Positions 46,361-57,964 are shown, counted from the first letter of the stretch. The stretch is 64,000 nt of DNA from Candidatus Iainarchaeum sp. (GCA_017609985.1 JAFCCW010000004.1:1-64000), one strand, 5' to 3'. Notes: generated by a model from the sequence alone, not told the origin. Numbers and translations: made by a program.

Positions 46361-48553
46361 TTACTCCAGGAAGAAGTTGAATGCTTTGACTGATTCAGAC
46401 ATTCCCTTTCTTAATCTAATTTCCTTGATTGTTTTCTCCTGCAGTTCGTAAGGCAAAAGCTCGTAGCCAGCATACTCTGCTGTCCAGATAGCTCTTCCCT
46501 GTGTAGCAGAACGCATGTCTCCTGCAAATCCAATTAATTCTTTTACTGGGGCTTTTGCAATAATTATTGAACTGTCTCCCTCTTGCCTCATTTCGTTAAT
46601 TTGAGTTCTTCTCTGTCCTAATTCTTTTGAAACTGCTCCCATATAATCCTGTGGCACAGTAATTGTAAGAGTTTGCTTTGGTTCAAACAATTTTGTTCCA
46701 GCCTGCAACATACAAGCATAAATTCCTCTTGTGATTGCTGGCAAGACCTGTGCTGGTCCTCTGTGAATTGCATCCTCATGCAAGGTTGCATCTTCTAACA
46801 ATAACATAACTCCAAAACATTTTTCTTTTGCAAGTGGTCCAGCATCCATTGCATCCTGAAAACCCTGTATTACAAGTTCTCTAATCTCGTGCAATGCATC
46901 AATTCCTCTGGTTGAATCAATCAACACATTGTTGTTGTGCACACACCAGATTTTCTTTGAAACATCAGTTTCAAAACCAATTTCCTGGAATTTTGCAATC
47001 ATTTCCTTGTCTTTTGCTTTTACTTTTTGGTTAATCTTTTTCTCTATAAGTTTTTCAAGAATTGCTTCAGAAATAGGCTTTACACTAATCTTGAATTTAT
47101 TATGCTTGTTTGGACTTTTTGCTTCAAGTGTCTCGCTGTTATTGTCAATTGTTTCTCTGTACACAACAATTGGTGGAGAAACCTCTATTGGAATTCCATG
47201 ATGCTTCTCAATCCTGTACTGTGTAATTTCAAGATGTAATTCTCCCATTCCGCTCAACAGATGTTCTCCTGTTTCCTGATTGAGTGTTGCTTTTATGTTT
47301 GGATCCTCTTTTGTAATCTGTCTAATAACCTCGATAAGCTTTGGAAGATCCTTTGTTTCCTTTGCTTCAACAGAAATTGTAATCACTGGCTCTGCATCTG
47401 ACTTAAAGCTTTCAAATTCAGCTATTTCTTGTTCAGAAACAGTTTCTCCAGTATAAACTTCTCTTAATCCAACAAGTGCAGCAATGTTTCCCGCAGGAAC
47501 TTTGTCTGTTTCAACAAAATCCGGGCCCATAAAAACACCAACTTTTTGAAGTACAGCATCTTTTTTTGCTCCAATCAATTTGATTGGATTTCCCTTTTTT
47601 GCAGTTCCGCTGTAAATTCTGCCTGTTGCAATATCTCCTGCGTGCTTGTCAACACTCACATCAGTAACCATCATTGCAAATGGAGCATTTTCATCACATT
47701 CAATCATTCCCTTTCCAACCTTGCTTTCAGAATCTCCTGCCCAGATTTCTTTTGATCTGTATTTTTGTGCAGAAAGCGGATTTGGAAGATGGTCCACAAT
47801 CATATTAAGAACTGCTGTTGAAAGCGGAGACTTTTTTGCAAGCTCATCCTGCTTTTCATCTTTCATAAAATTGTAAACTTCCTTGAAAGAAATTCCTGTT
47901 TTCTGCATTGTTGGAACTGAAACAGCCCATTTGTGATATGCAGAACCAAAAGTAACTGAACCATTCTTTACATCCACAATCCAGTCTTCTAGATATTGTT
48001 TAGGCGCATTCTTTTTGATTAACTTGTTTACCTGTGAAATAACCTTGACAAACTTTTCCTGCATCTGCTCTTCTGTAACCTGCAATTCATTAATCAGTCT
48101 GTCCACCTTGTTAATGAACAAAACAGGTTTTGCCATTTCCTTCAGAGCCTGTCTAATAACTGTTTCTGTTTGAGGCATTACTCCCTCTACAGCGTCAACT
48201 ACAAGAACAACTCCGTCAACAGCTCTCATTGCTCTTATAACGTCTCCTCCAAAATCAACATGCCCTGGAGTGTCAATAACATTAATCAAGTGTTCTACTT
48301 CATCTTTTTTGTAAAGCAATGAAATATTTGCAGCATTAATTGTAATTCCTCTCTCTTGCTCCTGGTCTTCTGAATCCATAAACAATTGTTTTCCCGCAAG
48401 CTCTTCACTCATTAGCCCTGATGCAGCAATAAGTGAATCAGTCATAGTGGTTTTTCCATGGTCTATGTGAGCAACTATTCCTATGTTTCTTATGTTTTCT
48501 CTGTTTTCCATAAGCTTTTCAGCCAGCTTCACAATATCTTCTTTTTTTGCCAT
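46361..48553 (-). CDS. fusA: elongation factor aEF-2
   Basis: AHIDHGKTT, RGITI, DTPGHVDF, GMGELHLE, diphthamide loop HEDAIHRG. Confidence 0.98.
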   Translation of the reverse strand: MAKKEDIVKLAEKLMENRENIRNIGIVAHIDHGKTTMTDSLIAASGLMSEELAGKQLFMDSEDQEQERGITINAANISLLYKKDEVEHLINVIDTPGHVDFGGDVIRAMRAVDGVVLVVDAVEGVMPQTETVIRQALKEMAKPVLFINKVDRLINELQVTEEQMQEKFVKVISQVNKLIKKNAPKQYLEDWIVDVKNGSVTFGSAYHKWAVSVPTMQKTGISFKEVYNFMKDEKQDELAKKSPLSTAVLNMIVDHLPNPLSAQKYRSKEIWAGDSESKVGKGMIECDENAPFAMMVTDVSVDKHAGDIATGRIYSGTAKKGNPIKLIGAKKDAVLQKVGVFMGPDFVETDKVPAGNIAALVGLREVYTGETVSEQEIAEFESFKSDAEPVITISVEAKETKDLPKLIEVIRQITKEDPNIKATLNQETGEHLLSGMGELHLEITQYRIEKHHGIPIEVSPPIVVYRETIDNNSETLEAKSPNKHNKFKISVKPISEAILEKLIEKKINQKVKAKDKEMIAKFQEIGFETDVSKKIWCVHNNNVLIDSTRGIDALHEIRELVIQGFQDAMDAGPLAKEKCFGVMLLLEDATLHEDAIHRGPAQVLPAITRGIYACMLQAGTKLFEPKQTLTITVPQDYMGAVSKELGQRRTQINEMRQEGDSSIIIAKAPVKELIGFAGDMRSATQGRAIWTAEYAGYELLPYELQEKTIKEIRLRKGMSESVKAFNFFLE

Positions 48554-48597
48554 AAACACCACGTCCATTCATAAATGCATTTAATCAATAACTCTAA

Positions 48598-49200
48598 TTA
48601 CCTGCTTGCTTTTGCAATTCTTTCAACTTCATCTCTTCTCTTCACAGAAAAGCTTTTTTTGTCCTCGTCTGCTGCAAGAATAAGCTCGTTTGCAAGAGCA
48701 TCCTCTGCACTTGTTTTATTGTTGAACGAAGAAGAGAATCCTGCAAGTGCAATATTTTTAACAGCTTCATCAACTCTTTTCAGTGGAGCAATATCAACTG
48801 CCTGTGAATAAGAAATTCCCCCTCTTTTAATTCTGGTTATGTCCTCTCTTGGAGCTGCATTTTCTATTGCAGTAATCAAAACCTGAACAGGATTTTTCTT
48901 TGTTTTTTGTTCAACTATTTCGAAAGCGTTTTCTACAATTCTCATTGCCTGAAGTTTTTTTCCGCAGCTTCCTCTGCCTCGGATGTATTTTCCGCTAAGT
49001 TTTCTTTTTCCCTGTCCGCTTCTCATAATCTTGTTAATTAGTCTTTCAACAATAGCAATATTTGCTTTTTCAAATTTCTTTGTAGTATTTTGTCCAAAAC
49101 TATGAGGAATAGTTTTTGACTCAAGATTTATATATCTTGCAAGACCTGAATCTCTTACCTTAATTTCTTTTGTGTCCCATCTGTCGAAAATCAGCGTCAT
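48598..49200 (-). CDS. rps7: ribosomal protein S7
   Basis: IVERLINK, NPVQVL, NAAPRE, ERIAKASR. Confidence 0.97.
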   Translation of the reverse strand: MTLIFDRWDTKEIKVRDSGLARYINLESKTIPHSFGQNTTKKFEKANIAIVERLINKIMRSGQGKRKLSGKYIRGRGSCGKKLQAMRIVENAFEIVEQKTKKNPVQVLITAIENAAPREDITRIKRGGISYSQAVDIAPLKRVDEAVKNIALAGFSSSFNNKTSAEDALANELILAADEDKKSFSVKRRDEVERIAKASR

Positions 49201-49209
49201 TCAACTCAC

Positions 49210-49632
49210 CTATCGCTTAACCTTTTCTTTTCTTCCAGATCTCAGCATTTCAAGACTCTGGTTATTAACCTTTATAACTTTGTATTTAACTCCCCAAAGA
49301 TCTCCTGGAGCACCGCCTTTTCTTCCTCCAAGACCCTCCACGATAACTTCATCGTGTTCATCAATATACTTTATTGCCCCATCTTTTGGAGCAAAAGCTG
49401 TTAATTCTCTTCCATTCTTTATAAGCTGAACTCTTACACATTTTCTGATTCCTGAATTTGGCTGTCTTGCAGTAACTCCTCTTTTTTCAATTACAAGACC
49501 TCTTCCCTGCGGGCTTCCTTCAAGCAAGTCAGATTTTTTCTTCTTATGTCTCTTTTTTTGGCGAGGATCCTTATGTTTCCATTTCTTTCGCTTTTTTTCA
49601 AGTTGTCTTGCTGAAAATTCACCTTTAGCCAT
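49210..49632 (-). CDS. rps12: ribosomal protein S12 (uS12)
   Basis: [36 protein letters not shown]. Confidence 0.97.
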   Translation of the reverse strand: MAKGEFSARQLEKKRKKWKHKDPRQKKRHKKKKSDLLEGSPQGRGLVIEKRGVTARQPNSGIRKCVRVQLIKNGRELTAFAPKDGAIKYIDEHDEVIVEGLGGRKGGAPGDLWGVKYKVIKVNNQSLEMLRSGRKEKVKR

Positions 49633-49636
49633 AAAT

Positions 49637-50050
49637 TCACCTAATCATCATGTTTCCTATGTTATAATTTCTTTCGGCAATCATTTTAACTCTTTTTAAT
49701 TTTCTTCCTCTTTCCCTGATTTTTATCTTGCTTTCTGGCGAAAGAGAAACAATTGCTTCCTTACTGCCATTTTCTTCAACAACATTAACTTTGTCAAAAT
49801 TTATTTCACTCATTGCTGCTTTTAGAAAAGAACCAAAATCCTGATTGTATGACAGAATTTCAATCTTTTTTCCAAGTGCATCATTGAGTTTTTTAACATT
49901 CACCGCCTTTTTTCCAATTGCTTTTCCAACATCCTTCGGGGGCACGAGAAAAGAAACTATTTCTCGGTCAACCACACAGTCTCTTGCACTCACACCAGAT
50001 ATTGATTCAAGTGCGTTAATCATTCTTATCTGGTCTTCATCAATTTTCAT
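49637..50050 (-). CDS. nusA: archaeal NusA (KH domains)
   Basis: [26 protein letters not shown]; synteny. Confidence 0.92.
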   Translation of the reverse strand: MKIDEDQIRMINALESISGVSARDCVVDREIVSFLVPPKDVGKAIGKKAVNVKKLNDALGKKIEILSYNQDFGSFLKAAMSEINFDKVNVVEENGSKEAIVSLSPESKIKIRERGRKLKRVKMIAERNYNIGNMMIR

Positions 50051-50361
50051 GCATTCCCCTTTCCCTTGACTAAGTCAAGCACTTTGCTTTTTCCAACATT
50101 TTCTATAGTAAGAGCGGAAATTACAAATGGTTTTCCACAAATGCTTCCCAATGCAGAAGCAGGTTCTCCAAATTCATAATGTGGAATTCCTGCAACTTTT
50201 CCAAGCTGTATAAGTTTTTCTTTAACATTTTCAACTGTATTAGAGCTAAACACAATAAGTTTTGCACTTCCAGTTAACAGAGCTTTCTCACTCTGTCTGA
50301 CACCAAAAAGCACTTTGCCAGTGTCAACAGCTCTTCTGATTTCACGTTTTTCATCAACCAT
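50047..50361 (-). CDS. rpl30e: ribosomal protein L30e
   Basis: AVDTGKVLFG, LGSICGKPF, GKS. Confidence 0.95.
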   Translation of the reverse strand: MVDEKREIRRAVDTGKVLFGVRQSEKALLTGSAKLIVFSSNTVENVKEKLIQLGKVAGIPHYEFGEPASALGSICGKPFVISALTIENVGKSKVLDLVKGKGNA

Positions 50362-50479
50362 TCAGGCCACTCTCAAGTATTCAAATCAAAAAACCACTAG
50401 AGAAAAAGTATTTGAAACGCCTTCACATTTTTTCTCCAGCGTTAACATATTTCCCAAGCTAATGTTTTTAAATGAAATG

Positions 50480-51715
<1,236 letters not shown>

Positions 51716-54319
51716 CTACAAGTCCTTTTCTATTGATTTTTTAACATTCATACTTTTTCCCTTAATTGACTTCATTGGGAAAATTCCGTCTTCTCCGTAA
51801 GAATACTGCACAAGATTCTTTGACGCAGTTCTCACTGTTCTGTCTGTTTCAACAAACAAGTCTTTCAGAGAATTTGCCAGACGCCTGTAAAGATATCCTG
51901 ACACTTTTGTGGACACTCCAGTGTCAACTTCTCCCTGTCTTCCGCCCATTGAATGATAGAAGTATTCTTTTCCCTTCATTCCATCCATAAAGTTCTGGTT
52001 GATAAATCCGCCAGTAATAAGGCCAACATCATCTTTTTCATTAAGGGTAATAAGCCTGTTTTTGAAACCGCGTTTTGGTCTTCCTTCTCTTACCGAAGCC
52101 TGCCCCCAGAATCCAGCAATATTCATCAGGTTTGTACTGCTTCCTCTGCTTCCACTTAAAATCATAACCGTAGTGTTAAGTTCTGGATTTTTTCCAAGAA
52201 CTTTTTGGACTTTTTCACTCATAATCATTTTTTCAATCTCTTCTTTTGTTTCTGCTGAAAGTCGCATCATTCCAATTTCAAAACTTTCTTGCAGTGTTTT
52301 TCCGGGAATAATATCAAGAGTCTTGTTTTCGTATTTTTTCACAAGCTTGGTTCCTTCCTTTAAAGCATTTTCTATTGAAGACTCGGAAGCCTTCTTTATC
52401 TTGTCACTCATTTCGTATTCGTCAAGTCCTGCAGTCATTCCCTTTTTTGTAAGAAGATCTGAAACCACTCTGTTAACCATGTTGTAAAATTTTTCAATTA
52501 CGTCGCTGCTGTATTGTCTTGCAAGAGTGTCTATTAAGATTCCCTTTGCTTCTCCCAAACTTGAACTGTCAATAACTCCTGTTTCAAGCACGCCATCCTT
52601 TATTTTGACATAAGCTCCGTAAGGACATTTGTCTCCCTTACAAGCACTAGTGCAGACACCTGTCTTTTTCAATACCTTGCAAGTGTTTGAAGTGTATTCA
52701 AGGTTAAGGTCGTCTGGAAGCATTTGACTGAAAATAAGTTTTCCTGAATAATTCTTTCCCTTGTCTGGTTTTGGAAGCTCTTTAATTCCCATTTCATAAA
52801 AATACTTCATTGCTTCGTCTTTTGAAAATTCTGTACTGTCAAGTGTTAAAATATATACTCCGCTTACTCCGTCTTCTTCAAGCACTACAACTGGTGCTCC
52901 GTATCTTGGACTAATAACATTGTTTTGCACATACATTAACTCTTGCGCTTCACTCTTTCCTTCTTCTGTTTGTGGGACATGAATATTCATTTCGTCTCCA
53001 TCAAAGTCTGCATTGTATGGCTTGCAAACAACTGGATTAATTCTCAAAGTCTTGCCATCCATTATTCTTACCTTGTGTGCCATCATACTCAGTCTGTGGA
53101 GTGAAGGCTGTCTGTTAAAAAGAACAATATCTCCGTTCTGCAAGCTTCTTTCAATCTTAAATCCTGGTTCAATTTCTTCAAGAATAAGGTCTCTTGTTTC
53201 ATCAGTAATTTTTCTTCTCTGCCCGTTTGGTCTTGCAACATATTGAATTTCATCAGTTTCCTTGATTTTTTTCTTGATTGCGTCAATTGTTGCCTCAGTA
53301 ATTGGCTCAGGCAAAGTTAAATCATTTGCAATATCTTGCGGAATCCCAATTTCGTTAATTGAAATAAATGAGTCTGGACTCACAGTAGATCGTGCAGCAA
53401 AATTAACTCTTTTTCCGGTTAGATTGTGTCTGAATCTTCCCTTTTTTCCCTTAAGTCTCTGAACAAGAGTTCTCAAAGCTCTTCCAGACCTGTGTTTCGC
53501 TGGGGGAACGCCAGCAGTATTATTGTTATAGTACGTTGTCACGTGATACTGAAGCAAATCCCATAAGTCCTCAATAATAAGCTGTGGTGCTCCTGCATCA
53601 ATATTGTCGTTAAGTCTCAGGTTAACCCTGATTATATCAACAAGCTTGTGAGTTAAGTCATCTTCACTTTTGACCCCGCTTTCAAGTGTAATAGATGGGC
53701 GTACAGTTATTGGTGGAACTGGCAACACTGAAGTGATAAACCATTCAGGTTTTGTAATTTCCAAATCATATCCTAAAAGTTTCAAATCCATTTCTGGAAT
53801 TTTTTCAATCCATTCTCTTATTTCTGTCGGATAAATTCTTTCCTTTCCAAGGAAGAAATTTGTTGGTTTGTCAAGCAGAATTTTTTCTTTTGGTGCCTTG
53901 CAATGCTCACATTCTTTTGCAGTTTTTGCTTTTCTCACAATTTTTGTAGGAACCTCTAAATCTCCTTTCTCCAGTTTTGATTCATACATTTTAAGCTTGT
54001 CATCTGGAAGATTTAGTCTGCCACATTCTTGACAGGTTGACTGCATTATAAGCTCAAGCTTTTTGCTGAATTCAGGATGCAAAACAGGTCTTACAAATTC
54101 AATGCTTCCAAAGTGACCTGGACAGTCCTTCATTTTTTGACCGCAAGTCTTGCATCTAAGACCAGGATTTATTACTCCAAGATGTGGATCCATTAATCCC
54201 CCATCCATTGGATAACCATCTTTGTCATAAGTATCAGGTGTCTTTATTTCTATCGCAGACATTTTTCTGATTGTTTTAGGATCAAGAACACGAAAATCAA
54301 TGCTGTGAATTTTCTTCAT
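51716..54319 (-). CDS. rpoA1: RNA polymerase subunit Rpo1N (A')
   Basis: CPGHFG, GKRVNFAAR, NRQPSLH, YNADFDGDEMN. Confidence 0.98.
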   Translation of the reverse strand: MKKIHSIDFRVLDPKTIRKMSAIEIKTPDTYDKDGYPMDGGLMDPHLGVINPGLRCKTCGQKMKDCPGHFGSIEFVRPVLHPEFSKKLELIMQSTCQECGRLNLPDDKLKMYESKLEKGDLEVPTKIVRKAKTAKECEHCKAPKEKILLDKPTNFFLGKERIYPTEIREWIEKIPEMDLKLLGYDLEITKPEWFITSVLPVPPITVRPSITLESGVKSEDDLTHKLVDIIRVNLRLNDNIDAGAPQLIIEDLWDLLQYHVTTYYNNNTAGVPPAKHRSGRALRTLVQRLKGKKGRFRHNLTGKRVNFAARSTVSPDSFISINEIGIPQDIANDLTLPEPITEATIDAIKKKIKETDEIQYVARPNGQRRKITDETRDLILEEIEPGFKIERSLQNGDIVLFNRQPSLHRLSMMAHKVRIMDGKTLRINPVVCKPYNADFDGDEMNIHVPQTEEGKSEAQELMYVQNNVISPRYGAPVVVLEEDGVSGVYILTLDSTEFSKDEAMKYFYEMGIKELPKPDKGKNYSGKLIFSQMLPDDLNLEYTSNTCKVLKKTGVCTSACKGDKCPYGAYVKIKDGVLETGVIDSSSLGEAKGILIDTLARQYSSDVIEKFYNMVNRVVSDLLTKKGMTAGLDEYEMSDKIKKASESSIENALKEGTKLVKKYENKTLDIIPGKTLQESFEIGMMRLSAETKEEIEKMIMSEKVQKVLGKNPELNTTVMILSGSRGSSTNLMNIAGFWGQASVREGRPKRGFKNRLITLNEKDDVGLITGGFINQNFMDGMKGKEYFYHSMGGRQGEVDTGVSTKVSGYLYRRLANSLKDLFVETDRTVRTASKNLVQYSYGEDGIFPMKSIKGKSMNVKKSIEKDL

Positions 54320-54338
54320 AAACAACTTTTAACACCTA

Positions 54339-56150
54339 CTAAACCTTGTCTCCAATATTAAGTTTTGGCATGACTCCAAGAGCTTTTAGCTCATCAAGCA
54401 AAAGCTTGAAACCATAACTCATTTCAACAGGATAAACCTTTGAACTGTCACAAATTGGACAAAATTTTCTCTTTCTAATATTGTCTTCTACAGCTATTAC
54501 TCCGCATTTTTCACAAACAAGCTGTACAACCCTGTCACTGTCTTCTATAAGTTTTTCCTGCAAAAGCATTGCTGCTCCGTGCCCAACCAGTGTTTCTGTT
54601 TCCATCTCTCCAAATCTTAAGCCGCCTTCTTTTTCCTTTCCTTCAGTTGGCTGTCTTGTGAGAATCTGCACTGGTCCTCTTGACCTTGCCTGCATTTTGT
54701 GGGATACAAGGTGGAACAATCTTCTGTAAGAAACAATTCCATTAAAAATTTCTCCTTCAAGTTTTTCTCCACTTATTCCGTCGTAGAAAACCTCTTTTCC
54801 ATCTCCTCTAAAACCATGCTTTTTCATCATTTCTTCTAATTGTGCCTGTGGCTCTGAATTGAATGGTGTTCCATCAATAGTTTCTCCTTCAAGAGAAGAA
54901 GCTTTTCCTGCTAGCATTTCAAGCAAGTGGCCCACAGTCATTCGGCTTGGAATTGAATGTGGATTAAGAATCAAGTCAGGTTTTATTCCATCTTCAGTAA
55001 ACGGCATATCTTCTTCTGGAATTATTGCTCCAATAATTCCTTTCTGCCCATGTCTTGAACTAAATTTGTCTCCAACTTCCGGGATTGTTTCACTTCTAAC
55101 CTTAATCTTTGCAAGCTTGTTTCCATCTTCACTCTCTGTAATCATTACCTGGTCAACCCAGCCTTCTTTTCCTCTTCTTGCAAGCATTGAACTCTCTCTT
55201 CTCTTTTCCTTAACAATTCCAAATTCTGAAATTTCTTCAAGAAATCTTGGGGGTGAGGTTCTTCCAATAATAATTCCCTTGTCTCCAACATAGCTCTCAA
55301 TATTTACAATTCCGTCTTCTCCAATATTTTTGTAAGCGTCTTCTCCAAGATATCCCACTGTGTCCTCGTCTGGAATTTCAAACTTGTCTTTTTGTCCTCC
55401 AGGATATCTCTGCTGTGTTGCTTCGTACATTCTGTAATAACCGCTTCTTCCAAGCCCTCTTTCAACAGCTCCCTTGTTGAGCACAAGAGCATCGAGAACA
55501 TTGAATCCATAGTATGGAAGAATTGCAACAACAAAATTCTGACTCTGTGGTCTTTTGTCCAGTCCAATTAAATCCATTGTCTTTGTTTTAACAATGTTCT
55601 TTTGAGGATAGTGAAGCAGGTAACTTTCTGTATCAGTTCTTAGCTTGAAATTAATTCCGCTTATTCCAAGAGCCTGTTTGAACATTTTTGCTCCGTGAAG
55701 AGCTTTTCCAGCCATGTCATGCTGAATATAAGGAATCATTGAAGAAATAACACTAAGCATTCCAATTGCATCAATTTCAAGATGGGTGTGCTCTGCAGTT
55801 AATTCTTCTTCACTAAGTGCAACAAGAGCATTTTCTTCTTCTTCTGCGTCAAGATATTCAATAATTCCCTTGTCAATAAGATCTTTCCAACCTAATTTTC
55901 CTGATTTAACTTTTGCTAAAGTTTCGTCTGAAAGCTTGCTTTTTCCATTCTCAACAACTATTACTGGTCTCTGTACTCTTCCAGAATCAGTGTTAATATA
56001 AATTTCATTTGTTTCTTCATTAAATGCTATGTTCACGCCTGACTCAATCTTTCCGTCTCTTCTTGACTGTTTTAGGTCTTTCACAAGCTTGTCAGAGCTT
56101 TGGTGAAATCCAATAAGCCTTCCGTTGATGTAAACCTTTGCCTTTTCCAT
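54339..56150 (-). CDS. rpoB1: RNA polymerase subunit Rpo2C (B')
   Basis: GDKFSSRHGQKG, NPHSIPSRMT, RQPTEG, GGLRFGEME; C-terminal zinc finger. Confidence 0.97.
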   Translation of the reverse strand: MEKAKVYINGRLIGFHQSSDKLVKDLKQSRRDGKIESGVNIAFNEETNEIYINTDSGRVQRPVIVVENGKSKLSDETLAKVKSGKLGWKDLIDKGIIEYLDAEEEENALVALSEEELTAEHTHLEIDAIGMLSVISSMIPYIQHDMAGKALHGAKMFKQALGISGINFKLRTDTESYLLHYPQKNIVKTKTMDLIGLDKRPQSQNFVVAILPYYGFNVLDALVLNKGAVERGLGRSGYYRMYEATQQRYPGGQKDKFEIPDEDTVGYLGEDAYKNIGEDGIVNIESYVGDKGIIIGRTSPPRFLEEISEFGIVKEKRRESSMLARRGKEGWVDQVMITESEDGNKLAKIKVRSETIPEVGDKFSSRHGQKGIIGAIIPEEDMPFTEDGIKPDLILNPHSIPSRMTVGHLLEMLAGKASSLEGETIDGTPFNSEPQAQLEEMMKKHGFRGDGKEVFYDGISGEKLEGEIFNGIVSYRRLFHLVSHKMQARSRGPVQILTRQPTEGKEKEGGLRFGEMETETLVGHGAAMLLQEKLIEDSDRVVQLVCEKCGVIAVEDNIRKRKFCPICDSSKVYPVEMSYGFKLLLDELKALGVMPKLNIGDKV

Positions 56151-56165
56151 TCAAACACCCAGCAC

Positions 56166-57626
56166 TTATTTAAGTGAAACTCCTTTCGATTTGAGCAATT
56201 CTTCAATTGGCTCTTCATCTGATTCAGTTGTAACTTCTGCAAGCATTGAAAGATTCTTTACAAGTCCGCACTGTGGCCCATCAGGAGTTTCAATTGGTCC
56301 AAGTCTTCCCCAGTGAGTTCCATGAACATCTCGTGCTTCGTAAAGCTCTCTGTTTTTGTTCAATGGGCTCTTAACCTTTCTCAAGTCAGTTAATGGTGAG
56401 AGATAATTTACTCTGTCCATAAACTTGCTTACTCCAGTTGCTCTGCCAATCCAGTTTCCAGTACTCATTGCAAATCTTATTCTTTCAGTAATTGCCCCTG
56501 GCCTTACAACTGTTGCAATATTCAATTTTCTTCTTCTAGTAATTGTTCTGTCAATCTGGAATCTTAAATCTTTTATAAAATACTTGAAAGCATATCTGAA
56601 CAAGTGCTCCATAAGTTTTCCGCTTAACTCAAGTCTCTTGTTTCCGTAATGGTCTTTGTCATCCTCACCTCTTAGGTTATGGAATCTTTCAATTGCCTTT
56701 GTTGCCATCATTCCAAGATAGTAAGCTTTTGCAAGCCTGTTTTCCTTTTCCTGTCCAATGTGTGGCAGAAGGAAAGCATCAATAACTTCCTGTGCTCTCT
56801 TGAGCCTGTAATCAATAACCTGGCCTGGAGCAACATATTTTCCTATTTTGTCAATTGCTTCTTCTTCAGTTTTTATTTCACAATTTTGCCAGTTAAGCAG
56901 TATGTCGTTCTGAATTTCAACACTTTCACCAAAAGCATTTGAAATCTCTTTAAGGCTTCCAAGTCCAAGAGCTTTTAACAACACGAACAAATTAAGCTTT
57001 CTTGGAGACGAAGGAAATGTGACAGAAAGCATTCCGTCTTTTCTTCTTCCAATTCTTACTCTTCCCTTAAAAGCACCCTTTGTAGAAATTACTTCTGAAG
57101 TAACGTCTCCGCTTCTTTCTGAAATCATAACTCTGTCTGATGCGAGAACTTCCTGAGTCATCAATGCTTTTTCAGAGCCATTAATTACAAAATAGCCTCC
57201 AAAGTCCATTGGGTCTTCGCCCATTTCAATAAGCTCTTCTTCTGTCTTGCCATTAAGCCAGCAAAGATTACTTTTCAGCATTATTGGCAATTCTCCAATA
57301 TAAGTTCTTTTGATGTCCTGTTCTACATCTCTTCTAAGCAGTCGCATTGTAAGAAAAACAGGTCCAGAATAAGTTCTGTTTCTAAGTCTTGCTTCCATTG
57401 GAAAAAAGTTCTCTCTTGGAGAACCATCTGCTTCAAGAATTCTTGGATGCAAGACCTCTATTTCTGAAAGTTCAAGTTTTACTTCCTCAATTTTTGGAAT
57501 TATTTCATCATTTTCTTCAACAACTTCTGGAATTTTTTGTTCCACAAATTGATTGAATGAAGCAACTTCCATGTCGGCAAAATTTTTACCATCAAAATAA
57601 GAGTTTATAACAGGCCATTTGTTCAT
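56166..57626 (-). CDS. rpoB2: RNA polymerase subunit Rpo2N (B'')
   Basis: PMEARLRNRTY, GGYFVINGSEK, DDKDHYGNKRL, TGNW, CGLVKNL. Confidence 0.97.
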   Translation of the reverse strand: MNKWPVINSYFDGKNFADMEVASFNQFVEQKIPEVVEENDEIIPKIEEVKLELSEIEVLHPRILEADGSPRENFFPMEARLRNRTYSGPVFLTMRLLRRDVEQDIKRTYIGELPIMLKSNLCWLNGKTEEELIEMGEDPMDFGGYFVINGSEKALMTQEVLASDRVMISERSGDVTSEVISTKGAFKGRVRIGRRKDGMLSVTFPSSPRKLNLFVLLKALGLGSLKEISNAFGESVEIQNDILLNWQNCEIKTEEEAIDKIGKYVAPGQVIDYRLKRAQEVIDAFLLPHIGQEKENRLAKAYYLGMMATKAIERFHNLRGEDDKDHYGNKRLELSGKLMEHLFRYAFKYFIKDLRFQIDRTITRRRKLNIATVVRPGAITERIRFAMSTGNWIGRATGVSKFMDRVNYLSPLTDLRKVKSPLNKNRELYEARDVHGTHWGRLGPIETPDGPQCGLVKNLSMLAEVTTESDEEPIEELLKSKGVSLK

Positions 57627-57636
57627 TTAATCACGC

Positions 57637-57867
57637 TCAGTCCACAATCCTATAATAGGTAGTTTTTCCTGCTGTTGGAGAATAACGATTTATTTTGACT
57701 ATGTCCCCCTTTTTTGGCTTAAATTCCTTTATTGCTGGGTCGCCTTTTGGGATTTTTGGAAGTTTTGATTTGTCAATTCCAAGTTCAGAAATAATTTGTT
57801 CAACGCTATCGCTGTCAAGAAGAGAATGCCTTGGAACCAGAAAGTGTTCTTTTACGTCAAATGCCAC
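57637..57867 (-). CDS. rpoH: RNA polymerase subunit Rpo5 (RpoH)
   Basis: HFLVPRH, LPKI, DP, GDIVKINRYSPTAG, YYR. Confidence 0.96.
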   Translation of the reverse strand: MAFDVKEHFLVPRHSLLDSDSVEQIISELGIDKSKLPKIPKGDPAIKEFKPKKGDIVKINRYSPTAGKTTYYRIVD

Positions 57868-57886
57868 GCTTGTCTCACCAATTTAA

Positions 57887-57964
57887 CGCGGATTTTTGAA
57901 GGATTTTGAAATAATTGCTTAAAGCACCAGTTAAAGCCTTGTCATCATATCCAAAAAAACCGCG
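57887..57964 (-). promoter_or_regulatory. candidate long hairpin in the rpoH operon leader
   Basis: CGCGG..U-run..GGAU pairs with AUCC..AAAAA.UCCGCG; inner GCUU/AAGC; ends about 8 nt before SD GGUGA. Confidence 0.4.

Noticed and set aside
54339-57626. Split rpoB and rpoA as a novelty, or inteins in RNAP, RtcB or aIF5B
   Set aside because: B'/B'' and A'/A'' splits are established in many archaea; protein lengths are normal and no intein motifs were seen
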